Assembly (NCBI GenBank): GCA_963693055.1
Contig: OY843751.1
Span: forward strand, 2,944,001 to 3,008,000
Direction of reading: 5' to 3'
Origin: a bacterium
GTDB taxonomy: Bacteria > Zhuqueibacterota > Zhuqueibacteria > Residuimicrobiales > Krinioviventaceae
Length of the DNA: 64,000 nucleotides
This document shows positions 10,264-20,020 of the stretch, in pieces. How positions within the stretch are numbered: position 1 is the first letter of the stretch; each line of letters begins with the position of its first letter. The notes under the pieces are model-generated. The model saw only the letters and a list, made by a program, of their open reading frames with translations. It ran no database searches and was not told the DNA's origin. Made by a program: the position numbers and the translations under genes.

Positions 10264-12798
10264 TCAATTGTTGGAAATAGCTACAGTTTCATTTTTCTCA
10301 GCAAATTCAATATCGTCAAATCCATACCCGGATTCATCCGTTATTCTAAAGTATAGCCCCATTTCTCCTATGCGATTTGAAGCTTTAACCATAATGTAAT
10401 TTTGTCCCGCATTTAAATTGATTTTAGTTCTTAAACGGTCCAAAATGGGTTGTTGATAGTCATTCTGTGTAACAACTTTGCGGTTATTCAACCATACTTT
10501 TATTGGACTCGTTGGCCCCAATCGTAATTCAGCAGTTCGAGATGAAGGCACCCAAACTGGCAATACTGCATAAACTGCACTATTATAATGAACATCACAA
10601 ATCTTTTTAAAATCAATAAATCCATCATATAATGCATCATTATCCGAAATTAAAAAACCTTCATTATCATTATGATAAAGTTCATTCAACTCATTCTCTT
10701 CAGGATAAAATTGTTGATTAAAACCCTTTTCAATATCATATGGTCCAAAATATTTCCATTTACTTTCTGGTGGCGCACCGGTGCGTTTGACAATTTCTTT
10801 ATAATCATCAAACTCTTGTTTGTAATAATGAATACTAGCCAATGCCATCAGCATCGAAATTTCAAAATGACGGTTTTCAATTGATTCTGAAAACGCTAAC
10901 AATTTTTCTATATTCTCTTGGTTTAGACGACCATTATAAAATCCCTGTCTGATTCCATCAAAATAATATCTCCAATAATTATCCCATGTTATATTGGTCA
11001 TTTGATTCAATGCAGTGGTAATAATTTCATCAAAATCGACTACATAACTGGTATACTCGTCAATATAACCATCGTTGTATAATATTTCCTTGAATGCCAT
11101 GGCAGATATATTTATCATAGGATCTTTGTTGTTTTCAAGAAGCATGGTCAATAATTGGTCCGTCTTTTTATAATAATTATCGATGGTAAATGCAAACCGA
11201 ACCATTATAAAAACCATATTCGGAGTTATATTTTCAAGAGATTCTGATTCAATAAATTTATCATAAATAGCTTCTATACGTTTTCTATTTTCAACATTTT
11301 CAGGATCAACAATTAACAATGCCAAAAGAGCATTAAAATGTTCAGGTTGTTGTTCAAGTATTTCTTCCAAAACCTCAACAACCTTGTTGTATTTGTTTTC
11401 AACAATATATGTATTTGCTAACAGCAAATAAGGATTAACAGTGAGCTCAACAGGACCTTGTTTTTCAATCAACTCTTTGACAATTTTATGTGCCTTGCGA
11501 GTATCACCTTTATCAAGATAGGCTGTGACTAAATGATTAGCCGCAGGATAAAAATCTTTATCAATGTCGAGTGATTTCTCAAACATCTTGATGGCTCTGT
11601 CAAGCTCTCCCTGTTCAAGCAATAACTCACCATAACTATCCAAAGGATTCGGTTCATCTTTTGCAATATCAATATATTTTTGTAATGCAGCATAAGCCAG
11701 ATCAATCTTGCCAATATCTGCATAAGCGTAACCCAAATGATTATAAGCCAGTTTTAAATCAGGATCCAATGCAATGGTAGTTTCGTATTGCTCTATAGCT
11801 TTTTCAGACCGACCGATCTGAAACTGATAAAAATTAGCCAATTGAAAATGTGCGTCTGCATCTTCGGGGAATTGATCAACCAGTTGTTCAAAATATTTTA
11901 TTGCTTCAAAAATATCACCGTCAGTAATAGCCTTTGCACCCAGTATTCTCAATTTTTCTTTTGGAGGTGCGTTGGCAGCGTACCGCGCAGCTTTTTCAAG
12001 CATTGCTTTACGTTTTTCAACATCCATACGCAATCCGTAATATTCAGCAAGTCGAATATATGCTGAAGCAAAAGTACTATCAATTTCAACCGCTTTTTGA
12101 AATTGTTCAAAAGCTTTTTCATAATAGAGCTGATTTTGCAACTTCATGCCTTGCGAATAAAACTTGAATGCTTCTAACGACTGAAAAGTAAGATCACCCT
12201 TGTTGACATCAATTTCATTTAACGCATTTAAATTGATTTGAAGATTCTCTCTTAACAAATTTGAAATGCGATTGATCATAGAAAAAACATTTTCAAGGCC
12301 GCCACCCGCCTCAATTACTTTTTGCAGCAATCTTCCGGTAGTACCTTCACGCAATTCAAGGTCTATATAAAGTGAATCTGCAGCATAACGAAATTGTCCA
12401 TTGATAAAAACCTGGGCATTGATTTGCTTTGCCAGATTGGATCCTGTAACCGAATCTTGAATCGCAAAAGAATTTATATCAAAATTTTGGATTGCTTCAT
12501 TTATTTGCAAACCGGGAATTATAATTAATTGACGGGATTGGGCAAGCTCCGAAGTCAACATCTCTACAATTCCTGATTCAAGCCAGTTTAAATTCGCATC
12601 ACCGGTTCGGTTCAGGAAATGATAAATGGCAATACTCTTTTTCTGAGATGCTTCAAATTGGATTGTAGATATGCGGTCTTGCATCAATGCGCTGTTTGGC
12701 TTTGATGCAAGCTTTATTCTGCGATCCATATTTGAATCACAAGAAAAAAGGAAAAAGATTAATGCGAATAGAATAATATGCTTAAAAAACCTTGTCAT
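10264..12798 (-). CDS. TPR-repeat lipoprotein with TolB-N/FlgO-like N-domain and C-terminal beta-sandwich domain
   Basis: Lipobox LFSC, F.N.TGD..LNWL..GI..ML segment, many TPRs, C-terminal W..FGP...KVWLN...L..G.N.I.VK. Confidence 0.75.
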   Translation of the reverse strand: MTRFFKHIILFALIFFLFSCDSNMDRRIKLASKPNSALMQDRISTIQFEASQKKSIAIYHFLNRTGDANLNWLESGIVEMLTSELAQSRQLIIIPGLQINEAIQNFDINSFAIQDSVTGSNLAKQINAQVFINGQFRYAADSLYIDLELREGTTGRLLQKVIEAGGGLENVFSMINRISNLLRENLQINLNALNEIDVNKGDLTFQSLEAFKFYSQGMKLQNQLYYEKAFEQFQKAVEIDSTFASAYIRLAEYYGLRMDVEKRKAMLEKAARYAANAPPKEKLRILGAKAITDGDIFEAIKYFEQLVDQFPEDADAHFQLANFYQFQIGRSEKAIEQYETTIALDPDLKLAYNHLGYAYADIGKIDLAYAALQKYIDIAKDEPNPLDSYGELLLEQGELDRAIKMFEKSLDIDKDFYPAANHLVTAYLDKGDTRKAHKIVKELIEKQGPVELTVNPYLLLANTYIVENKYNKVVEVLEEILEQQPEHFNALLALLIVDPENVENRKRIEAIYDKFIESESLENITPNMVFIMVRFAFTIDNYYKKTDQLLTMLLENNKDPMINISAMAFKEILYNDGYIDEYTSYVVDFDEIITTALNQMTNITWDNYWRYYFDGIRQGFYNGRLNQENIEKLLAFSESIENRHFEISMLMALASIHYYKQEFDDYKEIVKRTGAPPESKWKYFGPYDIEKGFNQQFYPEENELNELYHNDNEGFLISDNDALYDGFIDFKKICDVHYNSAVYAVLPVWVPSSRTAELRLGPTSPIKVWLNNRKVVTQNDYQQPILDRLRTKINLNAGQNYIMVKASNRIGEMGLYFRITDESGYGFDDIEFAEKNETVAISNN

Positions 12799-14786
12799 AT
12801 ACTCTCTGTTATTTTTGCAACAATAAGGGTTATATCGTCAAATTGGTCCATATCACCAGAAAACTGGTTTACATCATGCAATAAATTTTTTAAAAGAGTG
12901 TCTGATGCTTTATTATTTGAATTTTTTAGAAATTCAACCAATTGATCTTCACCATACTCCTGGTATGATTTATTCATTGCTTCAGTAATACCATCTGTAT
13001 AAAATAATAACGTATCCTGTTTGTTTAATATAACACTTTCTTCATTCAAATACATTTCAAAAGTTTTATTATCTGCCAAACCCAAGCCAATACCGGGTGG
13101 TATATGCATTTCAACCTGATTATTATTTTGCTTACGTGCAATTAGCAATGCATTATGTCCTGCTCTTACAAATTTAAAAGAATTATCTTTTAAATCAATA
13201 ATTCCATAGATCATGGTTGCAAATATTTTTCGGTCTATTGTTTCATACAAACGTTGATTTACATTCAACAACAACTCTTTGGGGCTTTTAACCGTATAAG
13301 CCAAAGCGCTCATCATCCCTTTTATTTCAGACATGTAAAATGCAGCAGAAGCACCCTTACCTGAAACATCTGCAATTGCCAGTCCTATCCTTTTTTCATC
13401 AAGAATAAAATAGTCGTAATAATCACCACCAATTTCAGCAGTAGATATACATACACCGCTTATGTCAAGTCCAGGAATTTTAGGGTCCTGCTGTGGAAGC
13501 AATCTTTGCTGTACAGCTTTAGCGATCTCAAGCTCTCGGCTGAGTCGTTCTTTTTCTGTAACCTCTTTTAAAAGATTTGCATTTTCAAGAGCCAGGGCAG
13601 CTTGCTTTCCCAATGTAGACAAAAACTCTAGCACATCCTGGCTATATTGCATTTGAGCGTTTTTGGTAACAAGAACCAGTCCCAATAAAATATTTTGATT
13701 AACAAGTGGTAAAAATATTTGATTTTTTAAAAAACCAAAGTGCTCAAACGTATCAGTAACAAGTTGTTGATGATTATGCTCAAGCTGTGAAACATCGAAC
13801 GCCGCTTGCTTTTCAAGAAACAGGGCTTTGCATTCTGGTGAAATGGGTATCACTTGATTTTTTGAATTTACATCGGGATATGCATACAGGGTACATGCAT
13901 TAACAACGTTCTCGTCAGAAGGAACAATAAGTAAAGTACCGCGTGATGCATTCATGGATTTAACAATATGTTCAGTAATTACTTTACCCAACTCTTCAAG
14001 AGTATAGGTAAAACCCAATTGCTTTGTAAATTGTTCAATACTATTTTTTTCACGTAATCTTGAAATCATATAATTATAAGATTCAGCCAGAGAACCGGTT
14101 TCATCATTACTTGTAACCGCTAATGTATTCTCAAGATTGCCATTAGAGACTTGCAACATGGCATCAGAAAGCTGATTAATTGGCCGGGTTATTCTAAGTC
14201 CAATTATTACAGAAGCAACAATACCAACAAGCAAAAACAATAATAATAAATAAAGGTTTACAAGAGCTCTTTGTCTAAACTTGTTGTTAAAATCAACCAA
14301 TGAAAAACCAACATCCACCTTGCCTAATAATTCACGTCCTAAACGTATATTAACAGAAAAATGATCAAAATCATTTTGACTTTCTTCAGCAACCAAACCA
14401 TTTGCAAGGTTTTCAACAACACGAATTTGTTCCTCACGAGTAAGATAGCTGTTATCGCCAAGATCCAGCCAGTTGTAATTGATTCCAAAAGCTGCCAGGC
14501 AGTTATTTTCATCAAAAATAGCGATATATACCAGATCCTTTCCAATATCTGAGGCAATGATATTATCGATCCATTCCTGGTAAACAAACCATCCGGCGGT
14601 TTCTGCTAACCGAATTGATGCAATTTGTTTGGCGACCTGTCCCATATTGTTTCTTATTTCCTGTCTTTCAACAGATAATTGTCGAACAGTAAAAAAATAG
14701 GATACAAGTCCCATAATTATCAAAATCAAAACTACAATAGCAATTGTAATTTTAATCCATATTTTATTGAGTAATTGTTTCTTCAT
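12795..14786 (-). CDS. Membrane HAMP-GAF-SpoIIE (PP2C) phosphatase, RsbU-like
   Basis: Two TMs, HAMP, GAF, GGDYYD, ADVSGKG, AGH, YTDG, DDIT. Confidence 0.9.
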   Translation of the reverse strand: MKKQLLNKIWIKITIAIVVLILIIMGLVSYFFTVRQLSVERQEIRNNMGQVAKQIASIRLAETAGWFVYQEWIDNIIASDIGKDLVYIAIFDENNCLAAFGINYNWLDLGDNSYLTREEQIRVVENLANGLVAEESQNDFDHFSVNIRLGRELLGKVDVGFSLVDFNNKFRQRALVNLYLLLLFLLVGIVASVIIGLRITRPINQLSDAMLQVSNGNLENTLAVTSNDETGSLAESYNYMISRLREKNSIEQFTKQLGFTYTLEELGKVITEHIVKSMNASRGTLLIVPSDENVVNACTLYAYPDVNSKNQVIPISPECKALFLEKQAAFDVSQLEHNHQQLVTDTFEHFGFLKNQIFLPLVNQNILLGLVLVTKNAQMQYSQDVLEFLSTLGKQAALALENANLLKEVTEKERLSRELEIAKAVQQRLLPQQDPKIPGLDISGVCISTAEIGGDYYDYFILDEKRIGLAIADVSGKGASAAFYMSEIKGMMSALAYTVKSPKELLLNVNQRLYETIDRKIFATMIYGIIDLKDNSFKFVRAGHNALLIARKQNNNQVEMHIPPGIGLGLADNKTFEMYLNEESVILNKQDTLLFYTDGITEAMNKSYQEYGEDQLVEFLKNSNNKASDTLLKNLLHDVNQFSGDMDQFDDITLIVAKITESI

Positions 14787-16164
14787 AGATATTTGTACTC
14801 AAAGTGTCATTTCTGTTTGAGATATAATCTTGCTTTAATTGTCTCATGAATTCTTCAACAGCTTGGTAACCATATTTATTTGACCAAAGTGGAAAAATAG
14901 ATGTATTTGATAATAATAAATCAGTATCATTAGACCATAAATTATTTTCAACAGCTCTTTTCCAATCTATTGTACCCGGAATGGGCGAAAAGGATGCAAT
15001 ATTTATTTTTACACCTAATGATTTAACAAAATTCACACTTGCCAGTACTTCATTCAAGGTTTGATCTGGTAATCCCATTAACACATATACACCAATATCA
15101 TCAGGATTTACACCTGCTTTTACAAGATTGGAAATAGCCTGCTCCAGATCACGGTTATTTACTTTAGACATTTTATTCTGCCTGTCAGGATCAACAGATT
15201 CAAAACTGAGTCTAACGGTTTGCCCACCTGCCTCTGCAAACAAGGATGCAAAATTGCTGTTCACAAATCTTGGTGGTATTCCATTAGGAGTATGCAGCCG
15301 GATACGAATATTTGCTTGAACGAGTTGGAGCAATAAAGGTTCAATATATGATGTTGACTTGTATAACAAGGCATCATCATAAAAGGCAACATGAGAAATT
15401 TGTTTTACATTAACCCAATATTGAATTTCCCTAAATACCTCCTCAGGCTTTCTTTTATCAAATTTAGGATTTAATAAATGAGACGCACAAAAACTGCATC
15501 GATATGGACAACCGGTTGATGTTAATATTGCTATTGCTTCCAATTGAGGGTACAATCCATAAACAGGATACGGTAAATCAGAAAGGCAATTTAAAGTATG
15601 CTTAACATCAGTTCCCAATATATGATTCAACAACTTTATAAATAATGAAATATCTGATCCGGTGAAAAGAAAATCCGGGGCAATATGTTCACGTGCATGT
15701 TCAGGAGCCAGTGTGGCATATATTCCACCAAGAATTATTGGGGTATCCGGGAAATAACTTTTTAATAATGCATATATATCTTTAACAGCAGGATACCAAT
15801 AAGTCATAATTGAAGTCAGACAGATTAAATCCGGTTTTTCAATGTGATTTTGCAATTCATGCTTGACCAATTCAATGGGTAATCCATATCTGCAATATTT
15901 ACGATCAATGTGTGAAAGAACATCTGGTTTATCAATTGAATCTCGATAAAATTTGCCGGTACCATTACTTTTGCCATGGGGAATTTTGAAATTTGAATCA
16001 CTAAAGGCAGGATGATTTCGGTCAAGACAGTCTAATAACTGCAGATCAAAACCGGCATCCTGCAGTACACCTCCTATTTGCAATAAGCCAAGGGGTTTTG
16101 ACCAAAAATCATAAGCGGCAAAATCATATATCCATGGATTTACAAGTAAAATCTTTTTATTCAT
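14764..16164 (-). CDS. Cobalamin-binding radical SAM protein
   Basis: N-terminal B12-like Rossmann domain (PLGL, ILGGIYA) and CPYRCSFC. Confidence 0.88.
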   Translation of the reverse strand: MNKKILLVNPWIYDFAAYDFWSKPLGLLQIGGVLQDAGFDLQLLDCLDRNHPAFSDSNFKIPHGKSNGTGKFYRDSIDKPDVLSHIDRKYCRYGLPIELVKHELQNHIEKPDLICLTSIMTYWYPAVKDIYALLKSYFPDTPIILGGIYATLAPEHAREHIAPDFLFTGSDISLFIKLLNHILGTDVKHTLNCLSDLPYPVYGLYPQLEAIAILTSTGCPYRCSFCASHLLNPKFDKRKPEEVFREIQYWVNVKQISHVAFYDDALLYKSTSYIEPLLLQLVQANIRIRLHTPNGIPPRFVNSNFASLFAEAGGQTVRLSFESVDPDRQNKMSKVNNRDLEQAISNLVKAGVNPDDIGVYVLMGLPDQTLNEVLASVNFVKSLGVKINIASFSPIPGTIDWKRAVENNLWSNDTDLLLSNTSIFPLWSNKYGYQAVEEFMRQLKQDYISNRNDTLSTNIYEETITQ

Positions 16165-16166
16165 AA

Positions 16167-17333
16167 TCAAGAAAACTGGGCAATCATTATCAATATATCA
16201 TCCCGAAGATCACCATGACTATACTCTCTAACATCTTTAACAATCGATTCGGCTGCTTTATCAACAGGTTGATCTTTATAATCCTGAAATGTTTTCAGTA
16301 ATGCGTCTAGCCCAAATTGCTCCTGAAATTCATTTTCAGTCTCAATTATCCCATCTGTATAAAGCGCAATTCTATCACCCGAGGAGTATTCAAAAACATC
16401 CTGTTCAAAAATATTGTCCTCTACATCAGAAAAGCCAATAATAGGATTTTGTGAAGACAATTTAATCACAGCTTTCTCGCCGACATGAAACAATAATGCA
16501 GAAGGATGTGCGCTACCGGCATGATAAAGCTTTTTATTTTGATAATCAACCTTTATGGATTGTATAGTCAAAAATAATCCGGTTTGTGAGAACGAGTCAA
16601 AGAAAAAAGCATTGAGTTGGTGTAGCAATTCTTTAGGGTCAAGCCCCTCACGTACCAATTTGTTTATTTCACTGCAAACACGATTCACTAAAAGTGCTGC
16701 GGCAATTCCATGCCCGGTAACATCAATAATAGTCATATAGAAATGACCATTATTGTCATCATATACATCCGCAAAATCTCCACCAATACCTATCATTGGT
16801 AAATATTCTACACCAAATGATATATTGTCATTTTCAAATTCTATGGGCACTAGACTATTTTGTACACGCTTTGCAAGATTAAGATCTTTTTCAATCATTG
16901 TATGGAATTCTTCAATCTCACGTTTTTGATGCTCTACAAGCATTTCCATACGGCGTTGTTCCAATGCTTTTTCAATACGAACCAGAAACGTTTCGTTATT
17001 AAAGGGTTTTGTTAAATAATCATACGCACCCTCTTGCATTGCTTGAACTGCTGTTGAGATACTTCCATAACCGGTTAAAATTATAACCTGCACATATTTA
17101 TCAGCTTTTTTTGCCGCTTCTAAAACATCAAGGCCACTGACCTGATACATTTGTAAATCAGTAACTATAACGTCGTACTGTGTTTCAGATATTTTCTCAA
17201 GTGCTTTTTCACCGGATTCTGCTTCTTCAACATGAAAAGCTTTGAGTTTTAAAATTTGAATGAACAGTCGTCTATTATAACTGTCATCATCCACTACCAA
17301 AATTTGGGGTAAATCTACATTGTTTAAACTCAT
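16167..17333 (-). CDS. Response regulator receiver-SpoIIE phosphatase
   Basis: VVDDD, TDLQM, LTKP receiver motifs; GGDF, DVTGHG, YTDG, DDI. Confidence 0.9.
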   Translation of the reverse strand: MSLNNVDLPQILVVDDDSYNRRLFIQILKLKAFHVEEAESGEKALEKISETQYDVIVTDLQMYQVSGLDVLEAAKKADKYVQVIILTGYGSISTAVQAMQEGAYDYLTKPFNNETFLVRIEKALEQRRMEMLVEHQKREIEEFHTMIEKDLNLAKRVQNSLVPIEFENDNISFGVEYLPMIGIGGDFADVYDDNNGHFYMTIIDVTGHGIAAALLVNRVCSEINKLVREGLDPKELLHQLNAFFFDSFSQTGLFLTIQSIKVDYQNKKLYHAGSAHPSALLFHVGEKAVIKLSSQNPIIGFSDVEDNIFEQDVFEYSSGDRIALYTDGIIETENEFQEQFGLDALLKTFQDYKDQPVDKAAESIVKDVREYSHGDLRDDILIMIAQFS

Positions 17334-17339
17334 AAAAAA

Positions 17340-19103
17340 CTAACCGATCACTTTAAATCCCAACAAGGTTATATCATCACTTTGTGCTTCACCTTTGGTA
17401 AATTCACCCACTTTATCCATAATCAAATTGAGGGTATCCTGAATTTCCAGATTTTCATTCTGTGCCTGATGTAAAAGTTCTAATAAACGCCATTCCTCAA
17501 ACTCCTGCTCCATTCGATTCATAGCTTCTGTCACTCCATCAGTAAACATTAACACCAAATCACCTGAATTTAGTTCAACAGATTGGGTGGCATATTTTAC
17601 ATTCGGCATCATTCCTAACAACAGCCCCCCTTCATCAAGCTCAATACAAGTTCCATCTGTTCGCAGTAAATAAGGGGGATTATGTCCTGCGTTACAATAA
17701 ACCATTGTATTATTTTCTAAATCAATTTCCGCATAGAAAAAAGTGATAAACTTGTCTAAATTGGTATTAGCATAAATTAAATCATTTAATTTAGAAACCA
17801 AAGAGTTAATATCAGTATTTGTCATTAACAGACTGTGCAAACCCGCATGTAAATTAGACATCAATAATGATGCAGGTGCACCTTTACCAGAGACATCACC
17901 AATTGCAAGCGCAATTTTATTTTCATCGATTTTAATGCAATCAAAATAATCTCCACCCACTTCTCTGGAAGGGATATTTAATCCATTGATATGCAAATGA
18001 GAAGATTCAGGAAAAGATTCCGGGAGTAATCTCTGCTGAATCTCTCTGGCAATATTTAACTCTTCTTCCATTCTTTGTTTTTCAAGGGTTACATCGAACA
18101 GGTTTGCATTTTCAATTGATATCATTGCCTGGTTACAAAGTGTTGACAGGAAACCTATATCATCATCATCATATATAGCTTTATTTATTTTTTCACCCAA
18201 AAGCAGCACTCCTTTGGTTTGGTCCTGAATGCGCATGGGTATTACAACTTTGATATTATAATCACGTAATGCATGAATTTCTCGAGTTAAAACGGTTTCA
18301 TCAATTTTCATGGCTGACTTGACAGTTGAAAGAATCTTTAAGAATTCAGGATCCGCAAAACTAGTAACATCTTGAAGGGATTTTTCAGCCCCCTTGTATT
18401 CAAACAGTTCCAATGCATTTGTATTATCTAAAAAAACATAACAACGTGTGGCAAACATTTCTCCCATTATTGCATATATTAATAAATTGACAATTTTTTT
18501 CTTATCAAGAGTAGAGTTGAGTTCTTTGCCAATATCAAACAATGTATTCAACTCTTGAATTTTTTTATCTAATTTTTTATTTACTGTTAATAATTTTTGA
18601 ACAATTAATGCATTCTCTATAGCTGTTGATGCTATATTGGTAAGTAAATTTAAAAAATCGAGCTCATTTTTTGCATATGGGTTACCGGTTATCTTTTTAC
18701 CGAGTGCAAGAATACCTATTAACCGATCTTTAGTTTTTATGGGTAACAAAATCTCAATTTCAAGGGATTGAAACAATTCTTTCAATTTACATTGAGCAAT
18801 ATTGAGTTCATTCAATAATATAGGCTGATCGAAATGATATTCAATGGAATATGCTTTCCCAACCAGATCTTTATCCAAACCTTTTACAACCTGTATACTG
18901 AATGTTTTTTTATCATCGACAATTAATACCAATCCACGTGAAATCATCATTCTGCCCATAGGAGTGAGCAACAGATTATTTAATATGGTAGGCAGATCAA
19001 GAGAAGAATTGAGAATTTTACCTGTTTCAAACAAGGATCTCAATTCAACATGTTGCTGATCAATTTCCAAATGCAAAGATTTACTGGATCCAGAATCTAT
19101 CAT
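17340..19103 (-). CDS. GAF-GAF-SpoIIE phosphatase, RsbU-like
   Basis: Two GAF repeats ending in IENA, then GGDYFD, DVSGKG, NAGH, FTDG, DDIT. Confidence 0.9.
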   Translation of the reverse strand: MIDSGSSKSLHLEIDQQHVELRSLFETGKILNSSLDLPTILNNLLLTPMGRMMISRGLVLIVDDKKTFSIQVVKGLDKDLVGKAYSIEYHFDQPILLNELNIAQCKLKELFQSLEIEILLPIKTKDRLIGILALGKKITGNPYAKNELDFLNLLTNIASTAIENALIVQKLLTVNKKLDKKIQELNTLFDIGKELNSTLDKKKIVNLLIYAIMGEMFATRCYVFLDNTNALELFEYKGAEKSLQDVTSFADPEFLKILSTVKSAMKIDETVLTREIHALRDYNIKVVIPMRIQDQTKGVLLLGEKINKAIYDDDDIGFLSTLCNQAMISIENANLFDVTLEKQRMEEELNIAREIQQRLLPESFPESSHLHINGLNIPSREVGGDYFDCIKIDENKIALAIGDVSGKGAPASLLMSNLHAGLHSLLMTNTDINSLVSKLNDLIYANTNLDKFITFFYAEIDLENNTMVYCNAGHNPPYLLRTDGTCIELDEGGLLLGMMPNVKYATQSVELNSGDLVLMFTDGVTEAMNRMEQEFEEWRLLELLHQAQNENLEIQDTLNLIMDKVGEFTKGEAQSDDITLLGFKVIG

Positions 19104-19615
19104 TACTGTTCCTTGTTCTTGTCAAGTAATTCCGAATCCTGAGCATTTATAAAATATTTCACCATGGTCACCTGGTTGTTTTTTCCAGGATTAATATCAT
19201 AGACCACATCATCCATGAGTGTTTTCATTAAATAAATACCCAATCCACCTACTTTGAGCTCTGCAAGATATTGCTTCAAATCCGGAATTTTGATGGATTT
19301 CGGATCAAATCCTTTGCCATGGTCAGTAACGACAAGTGTGAACTTTTGATAATCCACTTTGATAACAATATCCAATGTACTGTCTTTGTTATCTTTGGAA
19401 TATGCATGCTTGATTACATTCGTACAGGCTTCGTCGCATGCAAGTTCAATTTTGTTCACTTCTTCTGCATCGAAACCAACCTTGTCGGCTACTTTGCCAA
19501 CGAATCCTCTTATTAACTCCAAATTGTCTGTCTGACTGGGAATACGAAGGGTATACACTCCCTCCAGCTTTGGAGCAATTGGCTGTTGTTTTTTCTTTTC
19601 AGCAGTATTTGTCAT
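19103..19615 (-). CDS. rsbW: Anti-sigma factor serine kinase (RsbW/SpoIIAB family)
   Basis: ELACDEACTNVIKHAY N-box, DHGKGFD, GGLGIYLM. Confidence 0.88.
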   Translation of the reverse strand: MTNTAEKKKQQPIAPKLEGVYTLRIPSQTDNLELIRGFVGKVADKVGFDAEEVNKIELACDEACTNVIKHAYSKDNKDSTLDIVIKVDYQKFTLVVTDHGKGFDPKSIKIPDLKQYLAELKVGGLGIYLMKTLMDDVVYDINPGKNNQVTMVKYFINAQDSELLDKNKEQ

Positions 19616-19633
19616 AACATTTCAACCTGTTAT

Positions 19634-19981
19634 TTAACTGTTAAATTTTTCAATAGCTTCTTCTTCAGTATCAACTATATCATATAATGTAGGAAAACCG
19701 AGAAGATCGAATACTCTGAATATTTTGGGAGTCATGTTGGACATTTTAATATCACCTTCATGATTTCTGATATTTTCAATAAAGCCCATAAACACGCCCA
19801 ATCCCGCGCTACTGATATATGACAATTCTTTAAAATTGACTAGAATTTTAAATTGCTCTGTATCGATAATCTTTTGGATTGCACTTTCCAATTCAGGGGC
19901 AGTATGCGCGTCCAAAAAGCCACCGATATATAAAACAGCAATTCCTCCTATTTCTTCTCGGTTAATTGTAAAATTTTCCAT
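19634..19981 (-). CDS. rsbV: STAS anti-anti-sigma factor (RsbV/SpoIIAA family)
   Basis: GFLDAHTA and YISSAGLG phospho-Ser motif; GGAGG RBS before MENF. Confidence 0.9.
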   Translation of the reverse strand: MENFTINREEIGGIAVLYIGGFLDAHTAPELESAIQKIIDTEQFKILVNFKELSYISSAGLGVFMGFIENIRNHEGDIKMSNMTPKIFRVFDLLGFPTLYDIVDTEEEAIEKFNS

Positions 19982-20020
19982 TAATTCCTCCTGAATCAAT
20001 TAATATTTAAACGCTTGTTC

